Positions 13,687-28,254 of a DNA stretch of 64,000 nt are shown in pieces. Positions within the stretch are counted from its first letter, which is position 1; every line of letters begins with the position of its first letter. Source of the stretch: Lingula anatina (taxonomy: Eukaryota; Animalia; Brachiopoda). The stretch lies in NCBI GenBank assembly GCA_051362555.1, contig CM120643.1:9982001-10046000 (forward strand), written 5' to 3'. The notes under the pieces were generated by a model, which worked only from the letters and a program-made list of their open reading frames with translations, was not told where the DNA came from and searched no databases. The translations under genes were made by a program, and so were the position numbers.

Positions 13687-16038
13687 TTCATGACATTTAC
13701 TGTTGTTACATAGATATTGACATGTTAGGGGTTAAGGGGGGGGTTAGAACAAACCGTTCTTTTTGCTGACAAAAGGTCTGCTCTGGGTAAAATTTGATAT
13801 TGGTACATAAAGGTTTTATGGTAAAAGGTCCACTTTCAGAAAAAGACCTGACACCCCCCCCCCCCCTCCCTTTTAGAATTGCTGGCTACATTAAAACATG
13901 AGTAAGGCATGTTTATATTGCTGGTTGGAATCAGTAACGGTAATATATTGCTTGATTTCGTAATAAACCTGCTTTCTGTGTATACGAGTTTATGAAGATG
14001 ACTAAGTCATTACTGTCATGCGGCAGTCACTTTGGACTCTATTGCCTTCTACTAGTATTACTAGTTCAAATCGAAAGATAAAAGGAGCGAATGAAGCCGA
14101 GATTACCAGTGATGAAAAGAGAAACGATGCAGTGAACAAGATTAGAATAAACGAGGTTGAGAGGATTGTATTGTCATGCATGAAAACTGACAACTAACTG
14201 AGTACGCAAAAGGATGTGAACAAGGACATTTAATGTAGAACATTTCAAACAGATGAAAATTGATTGTTCCTGCGTATCTGTATTTCCTATGTGGATCGTA
14301 GCATTGCCGTAGTATATAAAGCTGGGGTGTGATTGACTTTTGTGAAAATATTTTATAGACTAACAAATGTCAGGCAAATGGTAATTTATTGATTTGTGAT
14401 TTTCCAGGTCGAAGTTTATAAAAAAAAAACCCTATAAGATAGCTAGGGATTTGATAATCATATTGACATAGGACTTAATTAGAGGAAACACAAATAAAAG
14501 ATCATGATATTGATTGCGTGTAAAACATTCTAGATTGAAGTCAAGAGTTATTGTGTAAAGATAAAAAATGACAATTAATTGCATCTGGTTACTACACACT
14601 AGCCAAATTATGCAAACAATGTTCATTTGATTAAGTCATTACCTGTTATCGATTCTTTTAATTTATAGGTCAAAGTTGAGGACTCAGTGAAGATATAGAG
14701 ATTGGATTGTAGAAGACATAATCAGTGATACGGACTAGTACCTACTTCAGAGATCATAGCAGAGAGCAGTGTGAAGAAACGAGGAGTGAGCAAGTCAAAG
14801 AAAAATATATATAAAATGGTAAGCAGCATAGGAATTCTCATTGTGAGGAAGACATGATCAAGAATTGAGACGTCTAAGCTTTCAAATTGTCAGGAGTCTC
14901 ATATCAGGCCTGTAGCTAGCAATTTCAGAAAGGGGGGTCTTTTTCTGAAAAAGTGGAAACCTTTGTGTGCCTGGATAAAATTTTACCTAGAGGGGACCTT
15001 TTTCCAGCAAAAAAGAGGGAGGGGAGTTGAACCCCCCCCCTCCCCCTCCCCACGAACCCCCCTTGCTGCAGGCCTGTGTTTCTTAATTAATCTACAGATA
15101 TAGAAAAATAGTTTCACATGTAGTAGCAGAGGACTTGAACAGTTTGCAATTAAAGGTGAGAGCAAACCCAATAAAGAAATAGACAACACAATACTTTACA
15201 GGTCATAAAGAGAAACAGTGATAACATAATACAGCCATTCTGAATAGAGCAACACATAAACAACATGAGTGGTTATGAAAAAAGATGATAACATGGCATA
15301 AGAATGTGTAGGTCAGTATATGAGGATGGTATTTAGTCATAACATCGTGGCAGTCACTTTGGACTTTATTGCCTCTATAATTGATATGACTAGTTGAAAT
15401 CTATAAGTTAAAGGAGGGGATGATACATTGTGAGTTGATTCACATGCAGTGCAATAAAGTTACAGTGTGCAAAAGTAAAGAAAAATGAGACCATTGCACT
15501 CGAGTGTATATCAGGTTATTGTGGTTAGTATCATTTTTGTCAAGCACGAATTTGCTCCGTCTTCAAGGAGATGTATCGGGTTTTTTAAGTATTCCTCCTT
15601 AAATGTATGAAAATGCAAAGATATGAGGCCTTTGCGGGGTTGGAGGAACAGATAACAAAAAGGAGACATACTGGGTCTTGCAAGTATTTCTCCTTAAATG
15701 TATGAAAATGCATAGGCATGAGACCTTTGAGGGGATGGAGGAACAGATAAGAATTTCCCACTAGGCTTTTCTAAGAATCCTCCTACCCCTTTTATCATGT
15801 GTGTTGTCCGTATGTAGAGCATCGGCGTCTAGAATCGATATCTAAGTCATTGGTTTATAAATAGAGATGGGAGAAGTCATGACATGCACTGTGAAGTGTG
15901 GAAAAGTAAGAAGTTAGCTGTGGTTAATGAAGTGATCGCCCCGGGTCCTGGTGGTTAGTATTGAGAATAATCAACTACAAGGCTTAGCAATAAGGCTTAG
16001 AGAGGCTTAACATACGTGTAGTACGTAATGTGAAAAAT

Positions 16039-16198
16039 CAGGGTGGACGGAAGCTGTCTTTTGGAAGACGGTCAGAATTTTTCAAGTTTACATGGAAAGC
16101 ATCTAATTTTTTTCTTTCGGATGTACAATTTCAAATGGAGGATGGATCAACAAAGAAAATTTGGAAGACTGTCAGAAAATATCTCTGGATCCACCCTG
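16039..16198. mobile_element. CAGG-ended MITE, AAAAT TSD
   Basis: CAGGGTGGA..TCCACCCTG; inverted homolog of 9869-10035. Confidence 0.75.
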
Positions 16199-16785
16199 AA
16201 AATGATATGAAATTTAGTCCATTGAGAGAGAATGCTTGAATTTTATCACTGATAGTAAGAAATCAACAAAGCGGCATTGTTTTTCATTAAGAAGAGATAA
16301 ATGTGTTGTCAAACATTGAAAAAAAAAATAATAATAAATGGTTTAAATGGAAAGATTGAGAGGGTGGACTGTTGGTATCAAAATGAAATTACTAGTAGTG
16401 ACCTTGTGTCTTCCTTGTGAGCTTGTGTCTTCAAAATAGGATATGCCATGTTTGGAGATTTAATCTTTAATTGGAAAATATTTGGCAATCAGTTGTAGAA
16501 ATACAGGATAGATTAGACTTGTTAGTTTAGTATTTAGTATGTTAGCAAAAGGATATTGAATTTTCGACTAAGACCACTAATTTTGTTTTACTTAAATCTG
16601 GAAAACAAGTTCTGAATAAATGGATAGGGTGAAGCGAAAAAGAGGGGGGGGGGGGGTGATTACTGTTAAAATTATTGTAGGTTTATCTGTAATGTAGCAA
16701 TTATATGTCCCTTATGAAATTCAATACCCCAAGTTCCATTATCTAAAACTGACTGAAAAGAAATGTGAGTCTTCTGCATCCATGA

Positions 16786-16982
16786 CAGGCCTGTAGCCAG
16801 CAATTTCAAAGATTTTTTTCTGAAAAAGTGGATCTTTTTATCCCCTTGGCCGACCCAGCTTGAGAAATGGCATAAAACCTAGATCACATTTTGATTCTAA
16901 GCAGATTTTTTTTTTTCGAACAAAATGCAGTACCTTCTAACCTTTTAGCCCTCGATCTCTCATTCCTCTGCTTACAGGCTTG
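16786..16982. mobile_element. CAGGCCTGTA-ended MITE, CATGA TSD; part of a ~240-bp tandem duplication (16813-17290)
   Basis: Related copies at about 14906-15076 and, inverted, at about 13730-13890. Confidence 0.65.
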
Positions 16983-19040
16983 CATGATAGACCTTGTAAT
17001 GGCATTCAATGCTGCCCTGAGGTCCACTAACAAGATCTACTGAAACACTGTTTTTTTTCTGAAAAATTGAATCTTTTGTCCCCTTAGTTGACCCATCTTG
17101 GGAAATGGCATATAATCTAGATCAGATTTTGATTCTGAGCAGACTTTTTTTGGACAAAAACATGATGCTTTCCAACCTCTTAGCCCTCCCCTCTCCCATT
17201 GCCTTGCTTACAGGTTGCATGATAGACCTTCTTCTTAATGTACTGGCATTCAACGCTGCCCTGAGGTCCTCTAACAAGATCTACTGAAACATGTGTTTTG
17301 TTATTTGCCACCAGTTGAACTTGACCCATGGATCTTGTCTGACATGCAAAACTGCTGGGAAACATTGGTTCAAGTTAAATAGGTACATGCTCAAAAACAA
17401 TATCAAAATAAGCTCAGTTTGGCCTTTTTCCTGCAATGTATCCTATCTGGTTTTTTTTTCTTTTTTCTTTTACTTTTTTCCCTTTTTTGTGTAAATTTTT
17501 TTCTGCAAAAACTACCTCATTTTGTCCTACTCGTGCGTCATTGTTTGACCCCTCGCTGCACTTAAATCTGATGTTTCACATGCCATTTCTAATAATTTCA
17601 AATAATTTAGTTCCAAATGTATACTGAGTCACAAGGACCACCCTGTCTTCCTTTACATTTCAGAAGAAAGGATGAACCTCAGATACTTTTATTAGAAGAG
17701 TTTTTATTATTATTTGGGGACCGAATAAAGACATCTGAACCCCCCCCCCCCCCCCCCCCCCCCAGGGCCAAGATACCATTTCAAGCCCATGTTCTTATTA
17801 TTACTTTTTCTGCTAAAAGAGTAATTGAGTCTGTTCAAAAGCCAGACGATGACAGAAAGGACTTCCTGTTCACGCAAAACCAGGTGGACTAGTACAAACA
17901 GGTAAAAAGACTGTCAACACATGGGTTTAAGTGGACAAAGTAGGAGTGTTTACACTGGTCATTGTGGTTCAACTCTATTTCTGACTAGTTTAACTGTGGT
18001 TTAGCTGTAGATGTAGAAGTAGACAGGTGATAATCAAGAAAGGTGGTAACTGAAGTGACTGGTGTAGATTATCAAATGCTTGATCACTGAGAGTATAATG
18101 ACTTCTTTTTTTTTTTTTTTTTTTTTTTTGTGGCAATACCAGCAGGTTTAGAGGTCCTAGATTTTTAAATCTTTTGCATTTTCATGTTCCTTTTCTAACA
18201 TTTTGGAAACTGAGGTCACATGTGCCATTTGGTTTCAAGAGAGTAGTTTTCTGATTTTTTTTTTAAATCTCACATAGGCTTTATGGTTACTTAATAATAG
18301 TGATAGGACAAGTTTTGGTCTTAAAGGTTCACCAACTATTGGTAAATGTACTTTTGTAAAAATGGACCCAATTATATGTAGCTGAGACGGTCCATTTGTT
18401 TTCTAAAAGAACTTCAGCCTCATCATTAGTCATAAAGCAACCTTTCAATTCATTAAATGTGTTTTTTATCCAAAATATAAGGATATTAAGCAGCCTGACA
18501 GCTCTCTCTTGAATCCAGCCCCACAACATGGAATTTTGGTTAATAGACTTCAGACTCTGTCTACAACAAACCAGGAAGATAAAGTGTGTAGAGAGAGAAT
18601 TTAAATGTAGACAATTACAATCGCAACATGCCTGGCTGTGCACAGTGTGAGCCACATTTTTAGCAGACATTACGATCACAGTTTCCAGCCTTAGGAAGCC
18701 AGCCCAGTGCTAGAAGACTTACAAATACAATTATCATGAAAAACAGGATTCATTACATGAGAAAGGTATCAGAAAATACAGACACAAAACCATGTGGGTT
18801 GCAATAAAGAGCTGGAAATTAGATGCTACCTTGACATTTTAGGTAAGTTTTCATGATGTTGTGCAGTCCCAGCGCAACCGACTGTTTGGTCCATTTTTAC
18901 TTATGACATAGCCAAAGAGGTAAATGTTGAACTTTTAGAACTTAATTTTGCTTGGAGAACCAAAGATTTACATTAATTTCCATGTCTATAACAAAGGTGG
19001 TCAGAACAACAGAAGAAAGGAGACCTTCCGAGAGAGCCTC

Positions 19041-19350
19041 AAATGAGGCTGACGACAGTATGTGATGTCATAAGAGACTTGAAAATGTGGTAGAATCCTC
19101 ACCAGGTGGGGGTTACCTTTATGCCATAGAGGTGAAACTGTGCACCAGGAATATCATTTTAGAATACAATGCAGAATTAAGTGACATGGAAAACAAATGA
19201 GGCTGACGGCAGTATGTGATGTCATAAGAGACTTAAAAAATGTGGTAGAATCCTCACGAGGTGGGAGTTACCTTTATGCCATAGAAGTGAAACTGTGCAC
19301 CAGGAATATCATTTTAGAATACAATGCAGAATTAAATGACATAAAAAACA
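19041..19350. repeat. ~154-bp tandem duplication
   Basis: AAATGAGGCTGACG..GTATGTGATGTCATAAGAGACTT at 19041 and about 19195. Confidence 0.9.
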
Positions 19351-19604
19351 TGATGAATAGATTGTAATTCAACACAGCTAAAAAGAAAACAACCGTAAAA
19401 ACATCAGTGGATAAATTCCATCAGATTTTATTTGTTGCCATACCGCAGTCACCAGTCTGCCATTATTGTAGACTCCCATTCCTTCCAAATCCCCTCGCAA
19501 AACTAATTTCACTTGTTTTCACAGTATGTCATAAGACATTGTGCTCTCTTGGTTTTTGTCCCTTTAAGAGCAGTTTTCTGTGGTTACCGAAGAGTTACCA
19601 CTTA

Positions 19605-19822
19605 GGGTCCATTCCCAGACTTTATCATACTAACTGTGGAGCAATCTATCTCCAAGGGAGTTCTTGCTAAATTGCAATCAACTTAAGCGGCTTAGACACA
19701 TGTCACACCTAATGAAGCTGCTAGGGGGTAATTAATTATTGTTTAGCAGCTTCGGTAGGTGTGCCATACCCCTTGGAGATGGACTGATCCTGTTAGATCG
19801 ATCTAGTTATGGGAACCCAGTC
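19605..19822. mobile_element. Family A MITE, TTA TSD
   Basis: GGGTCCATTCCC...GGGAACCCAGTC; core homologous to the other copies. A further copy lies at about 20529-20721. Confidence 0.7.
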
Positions 19823-21439
19823 TTAGTGCATTCTAAGTTGAACTGCCACAACTTGGCATGAAACACAGCCATGCATTTAAATTCCAGTAATTTGCAACCA
19901 ATGTTATTCACATGGGATTTTGTGGGGGTTACAAAATCATACCATGTTATGGGCCCTCTGGATGGAAATGGCTTCCTTGTACCAGGTACAATTCCAGGCA
20001 TTTGGTAGTCAGTAAATTAGAACAATATATATGTACTGAATTAAGATCAGACTCAGTTTCTGGATATTGGGTGGCAGTCGTATATAATTATGAACAACTG
20101 ACTGTCTGACATCATGCGCATGTTGGAATTTTTGTGATTGCAAACAATATTATTTTTAATGTGATAACAAATTTTTTATTCTTTGGAAAGAAGGGCAAAA
20201 CCACTTAACTGCATGCAATGTCATTTTTTATTTATTTTATTCAGTTATTTATATTTTTATACTGCATTAAGATTTTTATAATTTATTGGCTGTTTAGCCA
20301 TTAAAGAACCCATTGAACAACGAAGTACATGTACTTTTTTTCTCAGGGAAGAGGGCATATCTTTTCACTTGTTTACGACGGAAAAAGGAGATTAATTGGA
20401 AGTACAAATAAATGCATATTTACTTGTCTGAAATCTAATAAGGATAACTTCCTTTGACGGATATAGTCAACTCTTTAGATGCTGGACAGATGGGTATGTT
20501 TGTTCATTTACTACTGACCTCCATAACAGGACACATTTACATACCTAGATCGATCTAGCAGGATTGACCCATCTCCGAGGGGATTCTCACTAAATTGCTT
20601 TCAGATTAAGCGTTTTAGATGTCTGACACCTACTGAAGCTGCTAAGCGATAGATAATTACTCCCTAACAGCTGGGAGATGGGTCGATCCTTCTTGATCAA
20701 TCTAGGTATGGGAATGGGGTCTAAGTTATATCAGCTTAACTTCATACCCCACCAGCCAAGCAGTCCCTGTTATGTTATTATGATTGATAGCGTTAACCAT
20801 ATGGAGTCAGCCTAATTCCTAGAATGCAGTCTCGCCCCCTGGTGAAATGTCTGTGTGTACATTATAAGCCTACCGTTTAAAAGTCCTATTACCTAAGGCC
20901 CTTTTCTTAAGTGGTTTATTTTAGGGGTGCAGTCTGCAATGCACAGTGCGCTGAGAGTAATTTGACAGCTTAGAATCCTGGCTTTAGCATAAGAGAGGCT
21001 GCAATCACAACCAAGTTGATCTGTGGACTAACTGATCCTTGGATCAAATATGGTGCCACCCACTTGAGTGCATGCTGTATAATCCCCTATTGATTTAAAG
21101 GTTTAATTGTTCTACTCCTGCTGGGAGGTAGGGAATCAGTTAGGAGATTATGCAACATGTTTTCAAGTGCGTACCATATTTTATTGGTAGATCAGTTAGT
21201 CTGCAGATCAACTGGGTTGTGAAGGCACCCAGAGTCATCCAAATGACACGGCCAATTGTTCAACTTCTGCCCCAACAGCAGGATGCAAATTTGTGAAAGC
21301 AAGTCAAACTCCCTGTAGCATAATAACACGTTAGGACTTCCCAGAGTGAACCGGTACAGATTGTATGGTTTAAATATACAGCTCAATGTAAAAGGGTCCC
21401 CAATCTATGACTGGACAGTACAACGCATCCCTCTTGTAA

Positions 21440-21656
21440 CTCCCATTACACTGGACAGCGTCCTTTCTGCGTCCTGTGTGTGACCATGAAACTGGCATCA
21501 CTGTGGTCGTGAAAAGGAAGCACAAGCATCGCTTTGGTTGCAGAATGAATGTTCAATGTTCGGCCAGTTGTCGGCACGTAAAACATTTTTTTCTGGCTGA
21601 CAAAAGGGGCTGTACTGTGGGACACAGAAAGATTGCCGTCCAGTGTAAAGGGGGCT
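21440..21656. mobile_element. MITE with TIR CCCWTTACACTGGAC.GC..CTTTCTG.GTCC
   Basis: Inverted terminal similarity of about 35 bp. Confidence 0.6.
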
Positions 21657-22565
21657 TTAATGATTAAGCTCGGAGTACATTAGCAAAGATGAAAAACCGA
21701 CCACCTAAAAATGAGTATGATGCATTCAGTTTATACTGTAGTTTCCTCAGTCTTCTACTAAGACTAGTTATTACTGTTTTAGTGTTCCCATTAAATTAAT
21801 TCGTTCTGTGATTCAGGTATGCAATGACATCTATCGCTTAATTGATGAGGAGTTTATTGACCATTTATGATTAATCCAAAGTATCTGTGAGGGTCATCTT
21901 GACGTATGATAGACCAATAAAACATTAGTCTTAGTCACGCTGTATATAATAAAGTAATGAGAATTTACATTGCACCACACACCCAGATTATATAAGAAGA
22001 CTGGAGAATAATGGATTGACTTTTGACATGACATTTACAGTCTGATTCTATAGTTTATGTCCTGTTCTTCGATCGTCAGTAAGATTATTCCAGAGTGATA
22101 CTGAGTGAAAAATTTTGATCGCAATAAAAAAACAGTTGACGAATTAATCGAATCTACTAGAGCTGTTGAACCTGCAGTTGGATTATCTGCTGTAACGTCA
22201 ACGTATTTTTCTGAGAAACCAGATTAGTCTACAAGATAGGATTGATTCCTCGCCAGTGTCATGCAAGGCATATGAAATGTTGTGAGTAGGTTAGAGACCT
22301 AGCTGCTGGTGAAGTTCATAGTAATGTGAGTGAGACATGAGATTATTTTCAAGTAGTGATCACTTAAAAGTATTGAGACTATATAGGTAAACTAGAGTTG
22401 AATTTATGGTGTTGATGGTGAAGTACAGCTATATGATAACTGACAGGTATGGCATTGTGATTTACTTAATATTTTCAATGGGGGAAAATTATTAATTTTA
22501 TAGATACTGTATTTTCTACATTTTATTCAATGCAGTAAAAGCATTACAAATGCTATATATAATTG

Positions 22566-22566
<1 letters not shown>

Positions 22567-22622
<56 letters not shown>
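22567..22622. repeat. (CT)n microsatellite
   Basis: Direct read. Confidence 0.95.
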
Positions 22623-22628
<6 letters not shown>

Positions 22629-23183
22629 AATTCTGCTTATATATCAATACCATTTTTGTAGCCAACACTTCCAAAATGTATCCTTGTAGACTTCAGGCAG
22701 GAGAATTATATACCAATCTAGACTACCCTGGCCTTCTTTGACATATAATTGTGAATGATGACTTAAATTGGACAGTTTCACTACTGGAATAGAAACATCT
22801 TTTTTCATTTAGAGAAATAAAGGAGTGTTAGTGTCAAAGAATTGTTCCACAAAGGGCACACTTCCTGTACTTAAGTCGTTGCATTTGCCAAATGGAAAAA
22901 AGTGACAATTTGGGGGGGAAAGGATGACATTTAGTGATTTTTTTTAAAAAAATCAAATAAGACAAACTATGGGCTTCCCATTATAATGATCATAGTGATT
23001 TTTAAGGATGTACATTTGTCTTTGAAGGAATGTTTTAATGCCACATCTTTTTTTACTTGCCTTTTTTCTTTTCTGTTTCTTTTTCTTTCAAAGCTAAACA
23101 AAAGATTTTAACACGTGGTTCATAAAAAAAAAAAACATTTTTATTCCGTCGCATCCTGCACATTTTATTCAGTCTTACCTCTA

Positions 23184-23398
23184 CACCCCATTTCCATAGA
23201 TTAGATCGACCTACTTTAGATCGACCTAACTCCCTGGGGGTTCACGCTAAATAGCTGTCAGCCGGGCGGACACGAAAGTTAATTACCCCCTTACAGCTTG
23301 TAGTAGGCGGGACACACATTTAAGTCGGATTATCTGAAAGTAATCTAGTGAGACTCCCCGCGGGGATAGATCGATCTAAAATCTATGTGAATAGAGCC
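23184..23398. mobile_element. Family A MITE, near-identical inverted copy of 6912-7111
   Basis: Reverse complement matches 6912-7111 with few substitutions plus a short internal duplication. Confidence 0.8.
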
Positions 23399-23941
23399 TT
23401 AGATGTGGCATGTGTAAAATAGCATATTGAACTTATGCTGTACTAATTGACTCTCAGGGCTTTTTTTTTTTTTAAATGGGTGAAATTTGCTTGCTGTTGA
23501 TTTACATATTTTGATTATCGGTCAGTATCGCTCATCCTCTCTTTATTTATTTTTTGACAAGGTTTTCAGTATATTGAATGTGTATATACAATTGAGTGCA
23601 TGTCATATTTAAGTTGGCACCTCCATTGATTGGTATAAATTGCATTTGAAAATAGACATTAAATCCTCCCAGTTTTGGTGACGATAATGGCACCAGATAA
23701 ATATTTTCATTTATCATTGGTTTAGCCGTCTACCCCCCAGTGGGATCCAGCAGTATTTTTCTGCTGAATTAACTTTTGTGAATGAAAATTTATTTGGACA
23801 GGCCAAGGTTTCTGCTTTAATGTCACTTGGTTTGGTGTACTGGTTGAGTTATGTCTGTGTCTGAACAGACCTGGTCCTCCAGGTTTCCTTTTATGAGCAT
23901 AATGTTTATTTGGATATTCTTGGTGATTATTTTTTGGGTTT

Positions 23942-23944
<3 letters not shown>

Positions 23945-24033
<89 letters not shown>
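23945..24033. repeat. (CA)n microsatellite about 50 nt upstream of the acceptor of the ATG-containing VKR exon
   Basis: Direct read. Confidence 0.95.
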
Positions 24034-24034
<1 letters not shown>

Positions 24035-24218
24035 CAGGCATAAATATATGTTATACATAGATTTATTTGATGTATATTCCAGATAATGAAGCTGAGAAGA
24101 GGGGTGTGTCTTGTGAACACAGACTGAACTAGCTCCACCTTGTGATCTGAGTGAAATTGGAGCTAGACAAAAATGACCTGAAAAGGTAAAGGTCACCATG
24201 TGATGCTGAGAAGACAGT

Positions 24219-24297
24219 ATGGAAAGCCTCTTACCATGGCTACTTCTGGTTGCTATGGTAACCGTGTGTTCTCCCAGGTGTTTACCTGAGATTACAG
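24219..24297 (+). CDS. vkr: VKR coding exon 1, signal peptide [26 protein letters not shown]
   Basis: ATG, hydrophobic core, donor G|gtaagc (phase 1). A probable acceptor upstream at ttccag|24083 implies further 5'UTR exon(s). Confidence 0.85.
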
Positions 24298-25894
24298 GTA
24301 AGCTTTTTTTTTTATTCTGTGCAATTGTGTTTGGTAGAATGGAATGGAATATTCTTTTTCATATCTAGTTAGAAATAAAAATGATTATCAGATTTCACAG
24401 TCCTTTAAAGAAATGAACACTTGTTTCTATGTATTTTGGCATGTGCAGACTGCTCTCATCAGGAGACTACTAAATCATTGACAATTAAGGAATTCATTTG
24501 CCCAAGACTGGACTTGTTAGTGATTCATTAGTTGTAAACCACTGATTTGTATACTCTCTTGGAACTTTTCAGACCCAAAGCGCCACCTATACTACAAAAA
24601 TGGTGATCTTCCAATCAGATTGGAGAGCAGCAACCGTGTGTCTCACAAGTTGGCTAATCACATCCTCAAAATTTTGCTGGAAGAGAAGGTTAACTACCAG
24701 AAGGTTGAGATTAAAGATGCTTCAGATCCTATGAATCCAACCAAAATACTCAATAGAATCTCTGGATGCGTGGATTCAAAGTGAGTGGGATTTTTGTTGA
24801 CTAGTTTGGTTGCTAGATTTTCTTTAAAACTGTCGATCGATACTTTTGTGATATGATATTTGAGTGATTGGTACATCTTGGACAATTGATAGTCATTGTT
24901 TTCAGTTGGTATATTTTGTTGCTAATTTCATGATCAACAATAGGACTTAATTATTTGAAATTTGTGATAATATTGGCAGTGATAGCCTAAAACTCGTTAA
25001 TATTTTGATTCAGAGAGCTAGAATGTATTTCCTTGCAAAACACTATGAAAAAATGTGTGTTAATTGTATTTTTACCCCCCCCCCCCAAAAAAAAAAAAAA
25101 AAAAATTAACAAACAATGTTTCCATTCCCAGTTGTTCTCGGCGCCAGGACATTCCCGAGACAATGGTGAACATAGAGGTGTGGATGCCAGCAGGATTTAA
25201 CATGGAACCATGGGCTGACAATGACCATGTCAAAGACTGCGGGCCACTAGGCCCTGTTGGGAGGTACGTGACAAGATATTTGAGAAATTCAGTTGAGATG
25301 ATATCAGTGATGATATCAGTGATGGCTCAAGTGAACCTCAAACTGAACTGTTGATGGCTAGCCATAGTTCGTGCAAGGAGAACGTAACATTGTGATAGTC
25401 ACAATTAATTGTCCAGAAATAGACTCAAGAATGTTCTTGCATATATTGCTACAACTGCTTTGATGAAAAAAAAATTGTTTCAGACTGGTTTAATAAATCA
25501 TGCTTTACCTCAAATTTTGCTTATGTCCTTTTTTTGATTTTCCAGGTATGGGTGGTACCTTCCAAATTTCTTTGTAAAGCAAAACTGGATCCAGCGTAAT
25601 CTCATCACAGACCACTGGAGGGCGCTGCAGTCTAGCAGTGTCACCAGGCTCTTGGACTTAAGCGATGCAAGAAACGAGCTTCTCAATTTGGTGCGTAAAA
25701 CGGAAACTTTAGGTAAAGAAGAGTCTGGCTACTACTGCAGCGCGTCATACTGCTCTCAGGGACAGTACAGTGGTGCCACCTGTGGTTCTGAACCGTGCGC
25801 TGTATTGGTGTCAGATAGCGTAGGTATGTATTAAGGTCACATAAAAGCGGTGGCTATGGTTTTTCTGATGGTTTAAACTAGCTGCACAAAATAT

Positions 25895-25930
<36 letters not shown>

Positions 25931-28218
25931 AAAAATAAAGAGATTAGGAGTAGAGTGTGTTGGAGAAGATATATGGTGTTGAATCAATCAGTTGTTTTTT
26001 TGTTATGACTGTCTAATTACTGCGAAACCTGTTAAACTGTTCTGTTCTGTAAACATTTTACTTTTTTCTCTATAGAATGTGTTTTCTCTCTTGGTCCTCT
26101 TCCAATCTGATCAATTCTTTTGCAGTTAGTTTGTGTAGTGTCATCTTTCCTAAGATTAACCTGTAATCACTTTTGTAGTTCTCACAGTTAAAAATAAGAC
26201 GTGAAAGGATGTACCATTTAAGGTTGATACTTTAAAGTTATTTTATTTATTATTTTTAAACAAGCTGGCCCCCTTTATGCTTCTCTTTATGCTTACCCTA
26301 ACGAAAAAGTCCTATAGGATCCTATAAGATCCTGTAGTATCCTATAGGAAATTGGGCCTGTTTCCTATAGAATCCTATAGGACTTTTTCGTATGGGTAAA
26401 TATAATGGTTCAGGTCTGTCTCATATCATTTTCACTCTTTTTATACTGTTTTTTTTTTTAAAGGAGAAGCTCAAAAACCTGATCAGTGGGACAATAAATT
26501 TATAAGTAACTGCATTCTTTTACATGTACTAATTAAGTGTTAATAAAGCTAAAACACGTCTCAAATATTTTTTTCAACATTGCTACAGTGTCCTATTTGT
26601 ATTTTCAAAGGATTAAAAAGACTATTTCTTGGATTTGCCCTTTCCCATATTCTATTTATTTATTTACTTATTTATTGGAACTAGAAACACTGTACATGGT
26701 TGCAAAGCAGTTTTTGGTGGCAATGTTTATCAAAATATTTCTATCCTTTTTCCCTAGCATCTTTCCATTTGCCAGCATTTTATCCTGCCTTGATGCCTGA
26801 AAGTGTCAAATTTTCAAATCAAAGCTTGCATGCACGTGCGTGCGTGCGTGCGCACACACACACACACACACACACACATAGCATTCAGTTCCTCATGGCT
26901 TCAGTGCAGTTTTGCATCATTTTGAAGATCTGCCCTGCATTTTACTTGCCCTCAAGCGGTCTCAACCAATTGCACAACTTGTCTCAACTAGCACAATCAG
27001 AAGATCCAGCTAATAAGTGCACCCACCTATCGCTATGGCAGGCACATAGCCCCAGCATAAAACTTATCCTAAAACACAACAAAAAGCAGCCCCCAGTGAT
27101 TTCAGTTAGTTTCAATAACTACTTACTCAAGTTACATATTCAGTGATCTTAAGTGAACTGCTACATCTGACATACTAAACTATACGATCATTGTTTTTGA
27201 AAGAAATGAGTTAAAAAGATAATGTACAGTATGTGCTAGTTTAAGATAGTAGAACCTGCATTTTTTGGAGAGATTTTTTCCAGTATTAAGAAGAAGCTGC
27301 TTAAATTTTACTTATAAAGAATCAAATGTTTGCACCAATTAAATTTTGAAAAAAAAATTTTCAGACTCTGATATGGATACCCTGAAGAACCAGATAGACA
27401 ATTTAAACCTGAGTGTAAAAGTTGCCTGGGTGGGCAAGAGGCTGGAACGGTTTGTACACCAGAGGACGATCAAAGGCAAACCAACGTTATTCTTCCACTT
27501 TACGCCCAGCGAACTTACAGCCAGCAACAACTACACAAATATCAAATTCCCTCGATGTACCAGATATCTGGAGCATCCCATTGACTGTGATTTTGAGATC
27601 AACCAGCTTTCCAAGGTAGTGTGGCCGAAGCTGGAGAAGGACGCCGAACCTGCATTCCATGTTATCCAGAAAATGACTTTCACTCAGCAGCAGTATATGG
27701 AACTATTGCAAGATTTCGAGCACATAGACGTCCATTTTAATGGTGCTTACCAAGAGGTGGCTTGCCAGTGGGTAAAGAAGAACAGCCACATTTGGTCGCA
27801 ATGGATTCCGGAAAATTTGGCAAACAAAACCAAGATATATCTGGGGGGAATGTTTTCACTGTCACGCCGTCACTATTTTGCGCCAGGTGTTTACGTAGGT
27901 AAGCTGTAATAGTCATTGTAGTAGAATTTGATTATTTCTGTTTACATGTGTGTATTTTGATGTAGGGAGCAGAGCACACAAACAGTGTGGTAATTAGACT
28001 GCAGCTTCCAGATTCCGGTGAAATAAGTTCATTTAAGTACATATTGTTCTCCTGTTCACCAGCTGTACATCACCCTGAGATCTTGTATGTTCTACAGATC
28101 AGTGATATCCCACAATGTGAAATGCTATTACTCATCAAGTACCACATTATATCACTGGGCGATTCCATGGTGCCTTCCCCCCTGTTACATCAACATAATT
28201 GACATTTTTATATCCTAT

Positions 28219-28254
<36 letters not shown>

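Noticed and set aside
14000-16030. Purine-rich stretch with a diverged ~90-bp repeat (about 14005 and 15335), possibly a decayed LINE
   Set aside because: No recognisable RT or endonuclease motifs could be read
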